Positions 1 to 9,306 are shown, counted from the first letter of the stretch. The stretch is DNA of 44,132 bases from Gemmatimonadaceae bacterium (GCA_035281765.1 DATEDH010000120.1:1-44132), one strand, 5' to 3'. Program-made: numbers and translations. The notes: generated by a model from the letters alone, not told the origin.

Positions 1-467
1 GTCAGTGCCGGCTGATCGCGGAGGTGAGCGGGCGCATCTCCGACAATCCCTTTATGGTCCTCGGAGCTGTACGAGAGGTCACAGATCATGAATGCAGTCC
101 CTGCGATGATGAGATACTCGCGGCGATAAGGAAAATCTCTGCGTGGCTCGAGAGCAGGAATGCGATCGAAAGTGTGAGAGTTTCACGCGATCGGCGTCCG
201 CAGCGGAAGCTGATTGAGCGACTCGATCGAATAGTCCAGCATTCACCACGCCACGAACGTCCCCTCGTCGCCCGTCGAGCTGCGGTTGCGCACGCTGTGC
301 TTGCCTCGCGGCTCGACGCGCATGCGGAGAGCGAGCTCTGCGCACTCGATACTGTTGATGACGACCGCGTCATCGATCGCATCATCAGTATCGGAAGCCA
401 GAATTCCGGTACCGCTCGTGAGGCGCAGCAGCCTTCACTCAAAGCGTTGATTTTTTTTCGCAAGTGA
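1..467 (+). CDS. 3' end of a protein that probably begins before the window (function unknown)
   Basis: The frame of ORF 24..467 is open back to the window edge and stops at TGA 465-467. The sequence looks helical and charged, with no recognisable motif. Confidence 0.6.
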   Translation, partial: QCRLIAEVSGRISDNPFMVLGAVREVTDHECSPCDDEILAAIRKISAWLESRNAIESVRVSRDRRPQRKLIERLDRIVQHSPRHERPLVARRAAVAHAVLASRLDAHAESELCALDTVDDDRVIDRIISIGSQNSGTAREAQQPSLKALIFFRK

Positions 468-575
468 TTGCGTTGTCAGACGCAAGAGAACGCTGACGCT
501 CACGCAATAGCAGCTCGATACCCTTCGCCCTCTAGCGGGATTCACCCGCCCAATTCAATTTCGCGGAGGATACAA

Positions 576-1436
576 ATGCGAACGCGATCCACCTGTGTCG
601 CCCTCAGTCTGGCTGCGATATGGACATTGTCTCTTGCTGCAGTTGGTTGTTCCGCAGATTCGTCTCTTCCGGTCGATGCTGCATCGGGCAACGCGCGCGT
701 AGTGGACAATTCGCCCTCGCCGCTGATCGAGCAAACCGCATGGATGGGGAAGTACCACAATGATGCGCTGGACTTCGCGCTCAAGCGGATCAAGGCAAAC
801 CGCAAAGCGTCGAGATTCGATCGCTGCAAAGTCGGCGTCGCAGCGCTGAAGGAGTTTCAGAAAGAGTACGCAAAGACGGCGCACTCTCCGGTATTTCTCG
901 ATCTGACACTTTCAGACGGCGAGTGTGAGAAGGCAGCCGCGGCACAATCCGCCAACGCTCCGGGAAAATCAGTGAACATCGGAATGGCCGGACCACGCCT
1001 GGACATCTCTGTCACCGCAATGAACTTCATGGATCAAATCGTCAGCCAGATCGATTACACCACGTCGGCGCTCGCGCTTTCCTTTGCCGTAAACAAGATT
1101 GTGAATCAGGCGAGCAACACCGTCAGTCCGCTCGAGGCCACGGCCGTAGCCGGCGCCGGGTCGATCACCAACAGCTCGGCATCGTACTGGGAAGCGAACG
1201 AAGGCGCATGGCGGGAACAGAATAAGATCGTCTACGACCGGGCCTCCAGCGGCATCGAGGCGATTCCCATCACACCCGCAAACATGTCGGGCCGTACCAA
1301 AGCCATCATCAGGGCCGATGCGCTCGCAGGCGTGAGCACTCTCCTGTCTCAGTGGTTCATGGGAGAAGCAGCGCTTGCCGCAGCATGTATCAGGGCAGCG
1401 GCGGCATCACTTGCCGCAGGCATCTTCGCCACGTGA
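576..1436 (+). CDS. Lipoprotein with a hydrophobic Ala-rich C-terminal hairpin
   Basis: ATG 576 follows GGAGG (565-569). The signal peptide ends in a lipobox-like LAAVG-C. The C-terminus is ADALAGVSTLL...AAAASLAAGIFAT. Confidence 0.8.
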   Translation: MRTRSTCVALSLAAIWTLSLAAVGCSADSSLPVDAASGNARVVDNSPSPLIEQTAWMGKYHNDALDFALKRIKANRKASRFDRCKVGVAALKEFQKEYAKTAHSPVFLDLTLSDGECEKAAAAQSANAPGKSVNIGMAGPRLDISVTAMNFMDQIVSQIDYTTSALALSFAVNKIVNQASNTVSPLEATAVAGAGSITNSSASYWEANEGAWREQNKIVYDRASSGIEAIPITPANMSGRTKAIIRADALAGVSTLLSQWFMGEAALAAACIRAAAASLAAGIFAT

Positions 1437-1443
1437 GCACCAT

Positions 1444-1650
1444 ATGAAACAACATCGGTGGAGCCCGTCGGTGGAACACTACACGTTGATTGCAATTGCG
1501 ATCAGCATCGGTGCTGCCGGTCTCGCTACGAGAATACCGTTTATAGAGTTTGGCTCTTTCCGCCACATGGCGGGGATTCTCGTTCTGTCGGATCTCGTCC
1601 TGTACCTGGCCATCAAGCTCGGCCTCGTGAAAGCTTTGCGCTCAGGCTGA
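1444..1650 (+). CDS. Small 68-aa membrane protein with two TM segments
   Basis: ATG lies 7 nt after the lipoprotein stop. It has two hydrophobic stretches (YTLIAIAISIGAAGL; MAGILVLSDLVLYLAI) and is followed by a terminator hairpin. Confidence 0.65.
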   Translation: MKQHRWSPSVEHYTLIAIAISIGAAGLATRIPFIEFGSFRHMAGILVLSDLVLYLAIKLGLVKALRSG

Positions 1651-1668
1651 ACGAACCTGTAAAGACAA

Positions 1669-1710
1669 ATCGCGGTGCCCCTGTGACGGAGGGGCACCGC
1701 GATCAGTTTT
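1669..1710. terminator. Intrinsic terminator between convergent genes, probably bidirectional
   Basis: 14-bp perfect stem ATCGCGGTGCCCCT (1669-1682)/AGGGGCACCGCGAT (1690-1703), with an A-rich flank on the left and TTTT on the right. Confidence 0.8.
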
Positions 1711-1725
1711 GCAGCTGGTGAAGCG

Positions 1726-2616
1726 TTAGAACTTTCCTTTTACGAGAAGACCAAAGCGCGGCTCTGCACGCTGCACTGTCATATCCGGAACGACAGCAAC
1801 GCTGTAACGCCGTCTCCGATCGCGACGGTCACGGTCACGCCAGTGATCGTTCGACTCACGACGCGCCTCGAGCAGGCCGTAGATACCTGCGCCAAGTGAT
1901 GCAGCGCCGATCGCCATCGTCGCAGTTGCTACCTGATCGGTTCCATCGTTCTCGTCGAGATTGTTCGCACCGACAACGATCGCCGCGCCGCCGGCGATCA
2001 CTCCCAGGAAGCCACTGAGATAACTCGGCTTCACGACATTCACCGCAGCCGATGCGAGTGAGACAGAGCTCAGACCAATTGCTGCAAGCGCAAAGTCGTC
2101 ATCGACTTTCTCATTGTCAGTGTCGTCGATGATTGGACCACCACCATACGACGGTTGGATCCGCGCTGCCTCTGCAACGGATAAACCTGCGCTGTCGAGC
2201 CAGGCTATTAAAGCAGGATCATCCGCCAGCTCGCGGATGTACGCGTTGTTTCGCGTTGCAGCGACCTTGTTCACGATGTCCGATCGCCCGGAGCGGTCGA
2301 TGAGATAGCCCATCGCGCAGAGAACACCATCCTTGTCGCGGAAAAACGGAGTCGGGTCGGTGAACTTGTCGTTGGTCGGGAACGTTGCGGCGTCGCGATA
2401 TTCACGCAGCCAGGAAACCAGCTGCGCGCGCCTCGCGAGCTGTAGTGCAGAAAGCGCGGAAACATCGCGCGATTTGAGCTCCGCATCCACCGAATCAAAA
2501 TGATGCTGAAGCCGTTTGACCTCGAGCTCTCTTGCTGACGGCTCATGGTGGGGACGTGCACCTGCAAGGGCAGCGACAATGAGTCCAGCAGAAAGCATGA
2601 CAACGCCTCGATGCAT
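1726..2616 (-). CDS. Exported/membrane hypothetical protein
   Basis: GGAGG SD and signal peptide, a soluble domain with TPFFRDxxGxLCAMGYL, about three Gly/Ala-rich hydrophobic helices and an Arg-rich tail. Confidence 0.8.
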   Translation of the reverse strand: MHRGVVMLSAGLIVAALAGARPHHEPSARELEVKRLQHHFDSVDAELKSRDVSALSALQLARRAQLVSWLREYRDAATFPTNDKFTDPTPFFRDKDGVLCAMGYLIDRSGRSDIVNKVAATRNNAYIRELADDPALIAWLDSAGLSVAEAARIQPSYGGGPIIDDTDNEKVDDDFALAAIGLSSVSLASAAVNVVKPSYLSGFLGVIAGGAAIVVGANNLDENDGTDQVATATMAIGAASLGAGIYGLLEARRESNDHWRDRDRRDRRRRYSVAVVPDMTVQRAEPRFGLLVKGKF

Positions 2617-2677
2617 GAATCCTCCTTGAAATGGGTTATTGAAATAACCCTCAAGGATTGAGCCACCCTGACGAGGC

Positions 2678-3916
2678 TCAGGCCAGCGTTCTTACACCTT
2701 CAACCAGGCGATCGACTTCTTCATCGGTCGTGTAAACCCCGCAGCCCGCGCGGACGAGTCCCTGGTCAGCGACGTTGAGGCGCTCGATAACCGTCAGGGC
2801 GTAGAAATCACCGTGCGATACAAACATGCCTCGCTCGGCGAGACGCACAGCGACATCGCGCGCTTTCATCCCACCCACAGTGAATGCCAGGGTCGGAGTA
2901 CGAGGCACACCGGGCTCCGGTCCATAAAGCGTGACGGCGCCAATACCCGCCAGGCCGTTCCACAAACGCCGCACCAGTGCATCGCCTCTCTCATGGAGAT
3001 CGTTGAACGCTTCAGTGAGTCTCGATCGGCGCGATCCATTGCTTGCAGATAGCGACGCATAGAAATCGACGGCTGCCCCCGCTCCGACAATCCCTTCATG
3101 ATTCAATGTTCCGGTCTCAGCACGTTCCGGCGCGTTGTGGTGTGCCGGCCTCAACCGCGGAAAGTCGAGTGAATCGAGCAGCCCCTGTTTCCCATACAGG
3201 ATCCCGACGTGCGGCCCGCAGAATTTGTACGCCGAGCATGCGAGGAAGTCGCATTCGAGCGCGGCGACGTCGCATAATGTGTGCGGCGCATAATGAACGG
3301 CGTCGACATACGAGAGAGCGCCAGCATCGCGCGCCATATGCGCCGCGCGGCGAACGTCGCTCACCGTTCCCAATGCGTTTGACGCAGCTCCAACCGCAAT
3401 GACCTTCGTCCGCTCATTGATAAGGCGCTCGAAGTCATCCCAATCGAGCTGTCCTGTAGAGGGAATCATCCTGACAGTTCGCACGCACAGATTCTTGTCC
3501 TGCGCAAGCTGTCGCCACGGGTCGGAGTTCGCGTGGTGATCGAGCTCGGTCACGATTATCTCGTCGCCTTCCTGCAAGCGCCGCCCGATTGCGCGCGATG
3601 CGTGAAGGGTGAGCGTCGTCATGTTCGCCCCAAAGGCGATCTCCTCGGGCGTTGCGTTCAGGAAATCGGCCAGTGCGACTCTCGCATCATGCAGCGCCTC
3701 ATCGGTCTCGGCGCTCGTGGGATAAGCCCACTCCGTATTTGCATTGTGATGATAGAGATAGTCGAGCATCGCTTCACCAACACAACGCGGAACCTGTGTG
3801 CCGCCGGGCCCGTCGAAGTAGGCAACTGGATGTCCATTTTGAACACGCTCGAGTGCAGGAAACTGCGAGCGTATCTGCTGCACGAGGTCAGGTTTCATTG
3901 AAGTTGCCAGTCGCAC
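2678..3916 (-). CDS. Cysteine desulfurase-like PLP enzyme (class V, VC1184-like subfamily)
   Basis: YFDGPGGTQVP, ELDHHAN, VDAVHYAPH and CSAYKF (PLP Lys) motifs. The true start may be ATG 3898. Confidence 0.9.
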   Translation of the reverse strand: MRLATSMKPDLVQQIRSQFPALERVQNGHPVAYFDGPGGTQVPRCVGEAMLDYLYHHNANTEWAYPTSAETDEALHDARVALADFLNATPEEIAFGANMTTLTLHASRAIGRRLQEGDEIIVTELDHHANSDPWRQLAQDKNLCVRTVRMIPSTGQLDWDDFERLINERTKVIAVGAASNALGTVSDVRRAAHMARDAGALSYVDAVHYAPHTLCDVAALECDFLACSAYKFCGPHVGILYGKQGLLDSLDFPRLRPAHHNAPERAETGTLNHEGIVGAGAAVDFYASLSASNGSRRSRLTEAFNDLHERGDALVRRLWNGLAGIGAVTLYGPEPGVPRTPTLAFTVGGMKARDVAVRLAERGMFVSHGDFYALTVIERLNVADQGLVRAGCGVYTTDEEVDRLVEGVRTLA

Positions 3917-3934
3917 GGGAAAGAAGGCGGGAGA

Positions 3935-4555
3935 TCAGGCGATGCCGTTCAGAAATTCAACCTTTCCTGTATCCAGTGAGTACTCGGCTCCAAGCACGAC
4001 CAATCCATCGCGCTCGATCAGGCGCTCGAGTATTTCCGAGCCATACCGCAGGTGTGACACAGATGCGCGAATATTGGCGCGCACCGCGGCCCCGACAAGA
4101 CTCTCGCTCGTCCCACCGCGATGGGCATCCAGAACAGTCTCCACAGAGGGTCGCACGCGATCGACGATAGCACGAAGACCTCGCGACTGATTCTCCGTCG
4201 GACGACGCAGCTCTTCGAGTGTCGCCGTAATGGCTCCGCACTGAGAATGTCCAAGGACGACCACCAGTCGAGTTCCAAAACGCTCAGCAGCAAACTCGAC
4301 GCTGCCGATCTGCGATGATGCGACAATGTTTCCGGCAACGCGAATCACGAACAGATCGCCGAGACCCTGATCGAACACGAGCTCGGCAGGAACGCGAGAG
4401 TCGGAACACCCGAGGATTATCGCGAAAGGCTCCTGCCAGGTTGCGAGCTCGACCCGCCTATCGCTGAGCTGTGACGTACTCGACTTATGTGTGCTGGAGA
4501 CAAAGCGCGCGTTTCCTTCCTTCAGTCGGGCAAGTGCCTCTTGTGCAGTGAGCAT
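3935..4555 (-). CDS. Beta-class carbonic anhydrase
   Basis: LGCSDSRV, GDLFVIRVAGN and GHSQCG Zn-ligand motifs. Start placed at ATG 4555 (MLTAQEALARLKEGNARF). Confidence 0.93.
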   Translation of the reverse strand: MLTAQEALARLKEGNARFVSSTHKSSTSQLSDRRVELATWQEPFAIILGCSDSRVPAELVFDQGLGDLFVIRVAGNIVASSQIGSVEFAAERFGTRLVVVLGHSQCGAITATLEELRRPTENQSRGLRAIVDRVRPSVETVLDAHRGGTSESLVGAAVRANIRASVSHLRYGSEILERLIERDGLVVLGAEYSLDTGKVEFLNGIA

Positions 4556-4580
4556 CAGCGATCCCTTGACGTTGTTGATT

Positions 4581-5594
4581 TCATTCGAGCGACTGCCACC
4601 ATCGAGTTGGTTCCGCAACCAGCGATGGCTCGACGGGCCGTCCGAATGGTGGAGTAATGATCTTCGAACCGGACGGCTTCTTCAATGACAGCAAAGTTTC
4701 GACCGGCTCTTTCCATGGATGCAGTGCGAGATCGAACGTCCCCCAGTGTATCGGCATGAGCGTCCCGCCGCCCAGCATCTCGAATGCACGCATTGCATTC
4801 ATCGGTCCAAGGTGAATATCCGCCCATGCAGGATTCGAAGCACCAATCTCGAGCAGAGTCAAGTCGAACGGACCGTGGCGAGCTGCGATCTGCTCGAGCT
4901 CATCCGTCAGGCCCGTGTCGGCGGAGAAGAAGATGCGATTTGAAGGGCCTGCAATCACCCACGATGACCACAGTGTGAGGTTGCGATCGCCGAGGCTCCG
5001 TCCGGAAAAATGCTGCGCCGGTGTCGCGGTGACAGTGATCGAAGTGCCGGGGATTGTGTGACTCTCCCACCAGTCGATCTCCGTGATCAACTCAGGCGCA
5101 ACCCCGAACTGCTCCAGTCGTTTGCCGACACCAAGCGATGTGAGTACGGGGATGCCCAGCTTCGCAATTCGCTTCCACGATGTGCGTGAGAGATGATCGT
5201 AATGGTCGTGCGACTGAATGATCGCATCGATCTTCGGCAATCGCTCGATTTGCACCGGCGGCGGATGGAATCGTTTGCGGCCAGGAAGCGCGAAAGGAGC
5301 AGCGTAATTACTGAAGACGGGATCGGTGAGAATGCGAACACCATCGATCTCGAACACCAGAGTGCTGTGCCCGATCGATGTTACCCGCAATCCCGATTCG
5401 GGCGGTGTTACCCACGTCGGGATCGGGTCTTCGACTGGAAGAGGCCTGCGCGGAACGCGCTTCGCGCCGCCGAAGAAAAACTCGCCCATCAATTTGAGTG
5501 ACGGACCGCCAATGGGGCGCATCGGGTACGTGTTGCGAAACCTTCCGTTGTGATATTGCTTCGACCGGCGGATCCTGTCTTCCCTTTCGCTCAC
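4581..5594 (-). CDS. MBL-fold metallo-hydrolase (RomA/NAPE-PLD-like)
   Basis: GHST, LTDPVFS, SHDHYDH, PAQHFSGR, DTG and PIHWGTF motifs. Confidence 0.9.
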   Translation of the reverse strand: MSEREDRIRRSKQYHNGRFRNTYPMRPIGGPSLKLMGEFFFGGAKRVPRRPLPVEDPIPTWVTPPESGLRVTSIGHSTLVFEIDGVRILTDPVFSNYAAPFALPGRKRFHPPPVQIERLPKIDAIIQSHDHYDHLSRTSWKRIAKLGIPVLTSLGVGKRLEQFGVAPELITEIDWWESHTIPGTSITVTATPAQHFSGRSLGDRNLTLWSSWVIAGPSNRIFFSADTGLTDELEQIAARHGPFDLTLLEIGASNPAWADIHLGPMNAMRAFEMLGGGTLMPIHWGTFDLALHPWKEPVETLLSLKKPSGSKIITPPFGRPVEPSLVAEPTRWWQSLE

Positions 5595-6451
5595 TCGTCC
5601 AGTTCCTTCTCCTCGGGAGCGTCAGTCGGACTCTCGAAATAAAGCTCGTATCCGTCGGGATCGGTCACTCGCGTCACCCACATCCCGTTCCCAACGAACG
5701 GACGGGACGCCTCGATGTTACGGGATTGAAGCCCGCGATAAACTGCGATTGCATCCATTGCGATGAAGTTAATTGCAACTCCAACGCCTTTCGGTGCATC
5801 TGCCGCCGTCCGACGCGTGTCTTCCGTCTCGATCTCCTGCAGCATCAACGCCGCATCGCCGAGCTCGAGCCAGCACCACTTCAGTTTTCCTTCAACGACC
5901 CATTCGCGCGTCTTCTTTAAGCCGAGCCCATCGACGTAGAAAGCGAGCGAGCGGGTGATATCGGCAACACGGAAAAAAGGAACTGCCTGCCGGGCGTTTG
6001 CCGGCGTCACCGGCTGCTGGATTGTCTTTCGATATACGATGACCTTGTCGACTTCCTCGTAACCCGCTGCCTTGTGCGCGCTGTGACTTACCTGGTAATC
6101 GAGCAGAGCGTCAGAGCCCATCTCGCGATATCCCCGCAACGCACTCCATGATTCGGCCGCTTCCAGCAGCAGCTTTCCATAACCCTTGCGGCGCACATCG
6201 GCATCCACGTACCAGGCTTCGATGTATCCGACGGGACTTGTTTCGCACCCATCCGCAATCGAGCGCGTCCCCACTTCTACGAACCCGGCAAGCGATCCTT
6301 CATCACGTTCGAGCACGAACACAGCAGCGTCAGGACGCGCGAGCGTAGCCTGCATTTCAAGTTTGTCCGCGTCGGACAAGGCAGGAAACAGCGCGCGCGA
6401 CATGCGAACCCATTCGCTCCAGTCCCGCGTCTCGAACCGGCGTATCTGCAA
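5591..6451 (-). CDS. GNAT acetyltransferase (AAC(6')-I-like) fused to a VOC/glyoxalase domain
   Basis: N-half: GCETSPVGYIEAWYV, RRKGYG, SDALLD..SHSAHKAAGY. C-half: VADITRSLAFYVDGLG...DPDGYELYF. Confidence 0.85.
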   Translation of the reverse strand: MQIRRFETRDWSEWVRMSRALFPALSDADKLEMQATLARPDAAVFVLERDEGSLAGFVEVGTRSIADGCETSPVGYIEAWYVDADVRRKGYGKLLLEAAESWSALRGYREMGSDALLDYQVSHSAHKAAGYEEVDKVIVYRKTIQQPVTPANARQAVPFFRVADITRSLAFYVDGLGLKKTREWVVEGKLKWCWLELGDAALMLQEIETEDTRRTAADAPKGVGVAINFIAMDAIAVYRGLQSRNIEASRPFVGNGMWVTRVTDPDGYELYFESPTDAPEEKELDE

Positions 6452-6536
6452 CAGGTCTGTCCCTCATGAAATGAAAGAGCGCGCTCATCGAGCGCGCTCA
6501 CAATCCTGTCACAGCGAGGGTCTCGCGGATAGAGGT

Positions 6537-7064
6537 CTACACCAGACGGATACTGAGTCCGGAGTTAGGCCGGCCGAGTCGCGCGGTGTTCTCCTCTCCA
6601 CCGGGCTCACCGCGGAGCCATGACAGAATTTCCTGCGGTTTCACTCGACGTCCCTCGAGCTCCGCCGACTCAGGCCGCTCGTCGAGCGAGAGACGAGCCC
6701 GGTAAATTTCCACCACGCCGCGCTCTTCATCGATTGCGCGCAGACAAACACCGCGCATGTAGTATCGATTGAAATCGCCTTCGGTGAGCATCCGTACAGC
6801 CATCGTCGGCACGCGCGCTTCAATTACTCCGCCAGTGCGTGTCCGTCGCGGCTCATGCTCGACGAGAAGATCATCTGCATGTTCTTCGAGCCAGCGGTCA
6901 TCGTAATACCTGATCGCCTCGCTGAGCAGTCTCTTGTACTCGCCCACTGCTTCGGGGCGTAAGCGATCGGAAGCATGAAAGGTTCCGTTGTCGATGTCGC
7001 GCTGCAGCTCTTCAAACGCGTAGCGACGCGTGGTTGGATCCAGATTTTCATAATGGAGTGGCAT
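6537..7064 (-). CDS. Hypothetical cytoplasmic protein
   Basis: Probable ATG 7064 (MPLHYENLD). Conserved-looking blocks [13 protein letters not shown] and [11 protein letters not shown]. Confidence 0.75.
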   Translation of the reverse strand: MPLHYENLDPTTRRYAFEELQRDIDNGTFHASDRLRPEAVGEYKRLLSEAIRYYDDRWLEEHADDLLVEHEPRRTRTGGVIEARVPTMAVRMLTEGDFNRYYMRGVCLRAIDEERGVVEIYRARLSLDERPESAELEGRRVKPQEILSWLRGEPGGEENTARLGRPNSGLSIRLV

Positions 7065-7163
7065 CCTGCACCTGCCTGTTCGCGAAGTCACTCTCGTACA
7101 ATCGCATTACGCGGACCACCATCAGCTCTGCGTGAATGCTTGTCTGCATTCACGAATACGAGC

Positions 7164-7337
7164 TCACACCGGCGAGATTCGCAGGTAGATGTGAAGCAGG
7201 CCTGCAATGATCAACGCAGCGATGCCCATGCTTGCCAGTCGCCGTGCGGGAACGCGGCGGCCGGCAAACCATAGAACGATCGCGGCGATCACCAGCAATG
7301 CGCCGAAACCAAAAAGCGACTGGATGACGTTGATCAT
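7164..7337 (-). CDS. Small 57-aa two-TM protein
   Basis: ATGA overlap with the upstream stop, GAGG SD, and two hydrophobic helices joined by a basic loop. Confidence 0.6.
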   Translation of the reverse strand: MINVIQSLFGFGALLVIAAIVLWFAGRRVPARRLASMGIAALIIAGLLHIYLRISPV

Positions 7338-8035
7338 TTGAACCTCTTCAGGATTTGTGGCCTTGTGATGTCCCTTAGAACATCCTTCCCGATCCATCGC
7401 TCTGTTGCGTCTGTCGATTCCGAAAGCTTCCCTGCCAGTTTCTGTGCTCTTGCATTGAGATTGGCATTCCGGTGACCGATCGAGCGCAGCGACCAGCTAA
7501 CGCCTTTCTTCACAAAGTTGCGACTGTCGCTCGCTTCCCTCTCGATAATTGCCAGCGATTTAACAAACGGAGCATCCGCCTCTTTTTTTCGATGCAGCGC
7601 AACCGACGCAAGAAGTGCAAAGGCTGCACGCTTCACAAACTCATCACTGCGCCTGCTCCATGCGTCGATCTTTTTCCAGGCATGAGGAGTCTGGTCGAAC
7701 AACTTGAAGCAGACCGTGTCGCAAATTGCCCAGTTGTCGAAGTCGCGCGCCCACTGATCCATCTGACGGCTCGTGATCCTTTCCGGCTCATCGACAAACG
7801 CAGCGAGCATTCTCGCTTCGAGCCACTCGGTATCCCATAAGGCAAGTGCGAGCTCGTGATCCCTCCCGAGCTTCCTGGCATAGGGCTGCATCGTTGCCAT
7901 CGATACACCAAATGACTTCGGTGCAACGATTCCATATCTCGCCATGCCGTCACGATTTCGCTTTGTGCCGCGCTTCTGGAGCCATTCAAGTGAAGTGGCC
8001 ACTCGAGGATCCTCCTGCGACGCGCTCATCGTCAC
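7334..8035 (-). CDS. DNA alkylation repair protein (AlkD-like HEAT-repeat family)
   Basis: GMARYGI, EARMLA, FDNWAICD, VKRAAF and RNFVKKGVSWSLR motifs. Confidence 0.88.
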   Translation of the reverse strand: MTMSASQEDPRVATSLEWLQKRGTKRNRDGMARYGIVAPKSFGVSMATMQPYARKLGRDHELALALWDTEWLEARMLAAFVDEPERITSRQMDQWARDFDNWAICDTVCFKLFDQTPHAWKKIDAWSRRSDEFVKRAAFALLASVALHRKKEADAPFVKSLAIIEREASDSRNFVKKGVSWSLRSIGHRNANLNARAQKLAGKLSESTDATERWIGKDVLRDITRPQILKRFK

Positions 8036-9231
8036 GCCTTCGGCAATCCCTTCGTGATCTTCATTGCGTTCTGATAATAGACCTTTTTCAGCACTGAATC
8101 CGGCAATCCGATGCCGTACAGCTTCCAGAATGCGTGATAGTGCCGGTAGTAATCGAAGTATTCATCGCGCGTCTCGAATACGCGCCAGTAGTACGGATAC
8201 TCCTCGGGCTGAAACGAATCCTTTCCGAACATGATCCTGTCCTGATACTTCACGAAGAAGTCATACGCCGCGTGAGGCTGGCGGCCTATGTCGTAAAGTA
8301 CCGCGCCGACTTCCGTGTACACGTTGGGATATTGATCGAGCAGTTTTCCCAGCCGGCCAAGATCATTTGCATGCCATCCCATGTGCGCCGCAACGAATGT
8401 TGTTTTCGGATGTCGCCGGAAAACATTGTCGCGCTCAGTCATCAGCTCATCGAAGCTCGGAAACTGATCCTGCGGATATCGACGCCCGGGAAAGAGTGAA
8501 AGCTCGAGCCACCGCTCGTTCGTATAGTCGATTTCCTTCCGGAAAAATTCCTGCGGATCCGCGGTGTGAATGAAGACGGGCACCCCGAGTCTTGCTGCCT
8601 CATCCCAGATGGGATCGAGCTGCGGGTCGTCGATGCGAAGTCTCGAACCGTCCGGCTTCTTGTAGCGAAGCCCCAGAAATTTTGGTATCTCGCCAACACC
8701 GACTGCGCCGGCAGCTATGTCAGCGTCGAGCTGCTTGACCGCCTTTTCCGCCCAGCCCGGGCCGACGTTGTTGAAGTCGATGCCTGTCAACACTCTGACG
8801 CGATCCTTCATCTTCGGCGAGGATTGAATCGCGCTCAGCACACGCTTGAGTCTGTCGCCTGAGATGTCGTCGGCTGCAATCATGAGACGGACATTGATCG
8901 AGTCCATCGCTGTGCCGAGCCGCGCGAGGCCTTCCGGAGTGTCGATGAGATCCTGTGGATGCCCGTGAAAATCGATTGCCGGAAATTTTGCGCGCGGTAC
9001 CAGATGCTCTGCCGTTACGAGCGTTGAGACAGGGCGGTAATCGATAATGCTCGGCGGAGGAAGCTGTGGCGCTCTGCAGATTCGCGGACGAATCTCGGTT
9101 TGACCTGCAGGACATGACTGGCCAGGTCCGATTCTGGTTTCTGCAGCGCCTGGCGCGCCCGGCGGCTGTGCATATGCTGTTGATGAAACGACGAGTGTCG
9201 CGCATGCAGCGACACATAACCTCGAGCGCAT
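8032..9231 (-). CDS. Secreted amidohydrolase (Amidohydro_2 TIM barrel)
   Basis: Signal peptide plus IDFHGH, GVGE, FIHTAD, AAHMG and FGKD metal-site motifs. Confidence 0.88.
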   Translation of the reverse strand: MRSRLCVAACATLVVSSTAYAQPPGAPGAAETRIGPGQSCPAGQTEIRPRICRAPQLPPPSIIDYRPVSTLVTAEHLVPRAKFPAIDFHGHPQDLIDTPEGLARLGTAMDSINVRLMIAADDISGDRLKRVLSAIQSSPKMKDRVRVLTGIDFNNVGPGWAEKAVKQLDADIAAGAVGVGEIPKFLGLRYKKPDGSRLRIDDPQLDPIWDEAARLGVPVFIHTADPQEFFRKEIDYTNERWLELSLFPGRRYPQDQFPSFDELMTERDNVFRRHPKTTFVAAHMGWHANDLGRLGKLLDQYPNVYTEVGAVLYDIGRQPHAAYDFFVKYQDRIMFGKDSFQPEEYPYYWRVFETRDEYFDYYRHYHAFWKLYGIGLPDSVLKKVYYQNAMKITKGLPKA

Positions 9232-9234
9232 CTG

Positions 9235-9272
9235 ACTTTCCCCTTTTTGAGAATTATCGCAAAGGGGAAAGT
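9235..9272 (-). promoter_or_regulatory. Hairpin overlapping the amidohydrolase RBS
   Basis: 12-bp perfect inverted repeat ACTTTCCCCTTT (9235-9246)/AAAGGGGAAAGT (9261-9272), 3 nt upstream of ATG 9231. Confidence 0.5.
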
Positions 9273-9306
9273 GATGTCGCGCGCTGTTGGTCGAAAGGGT
9301 GTGACG

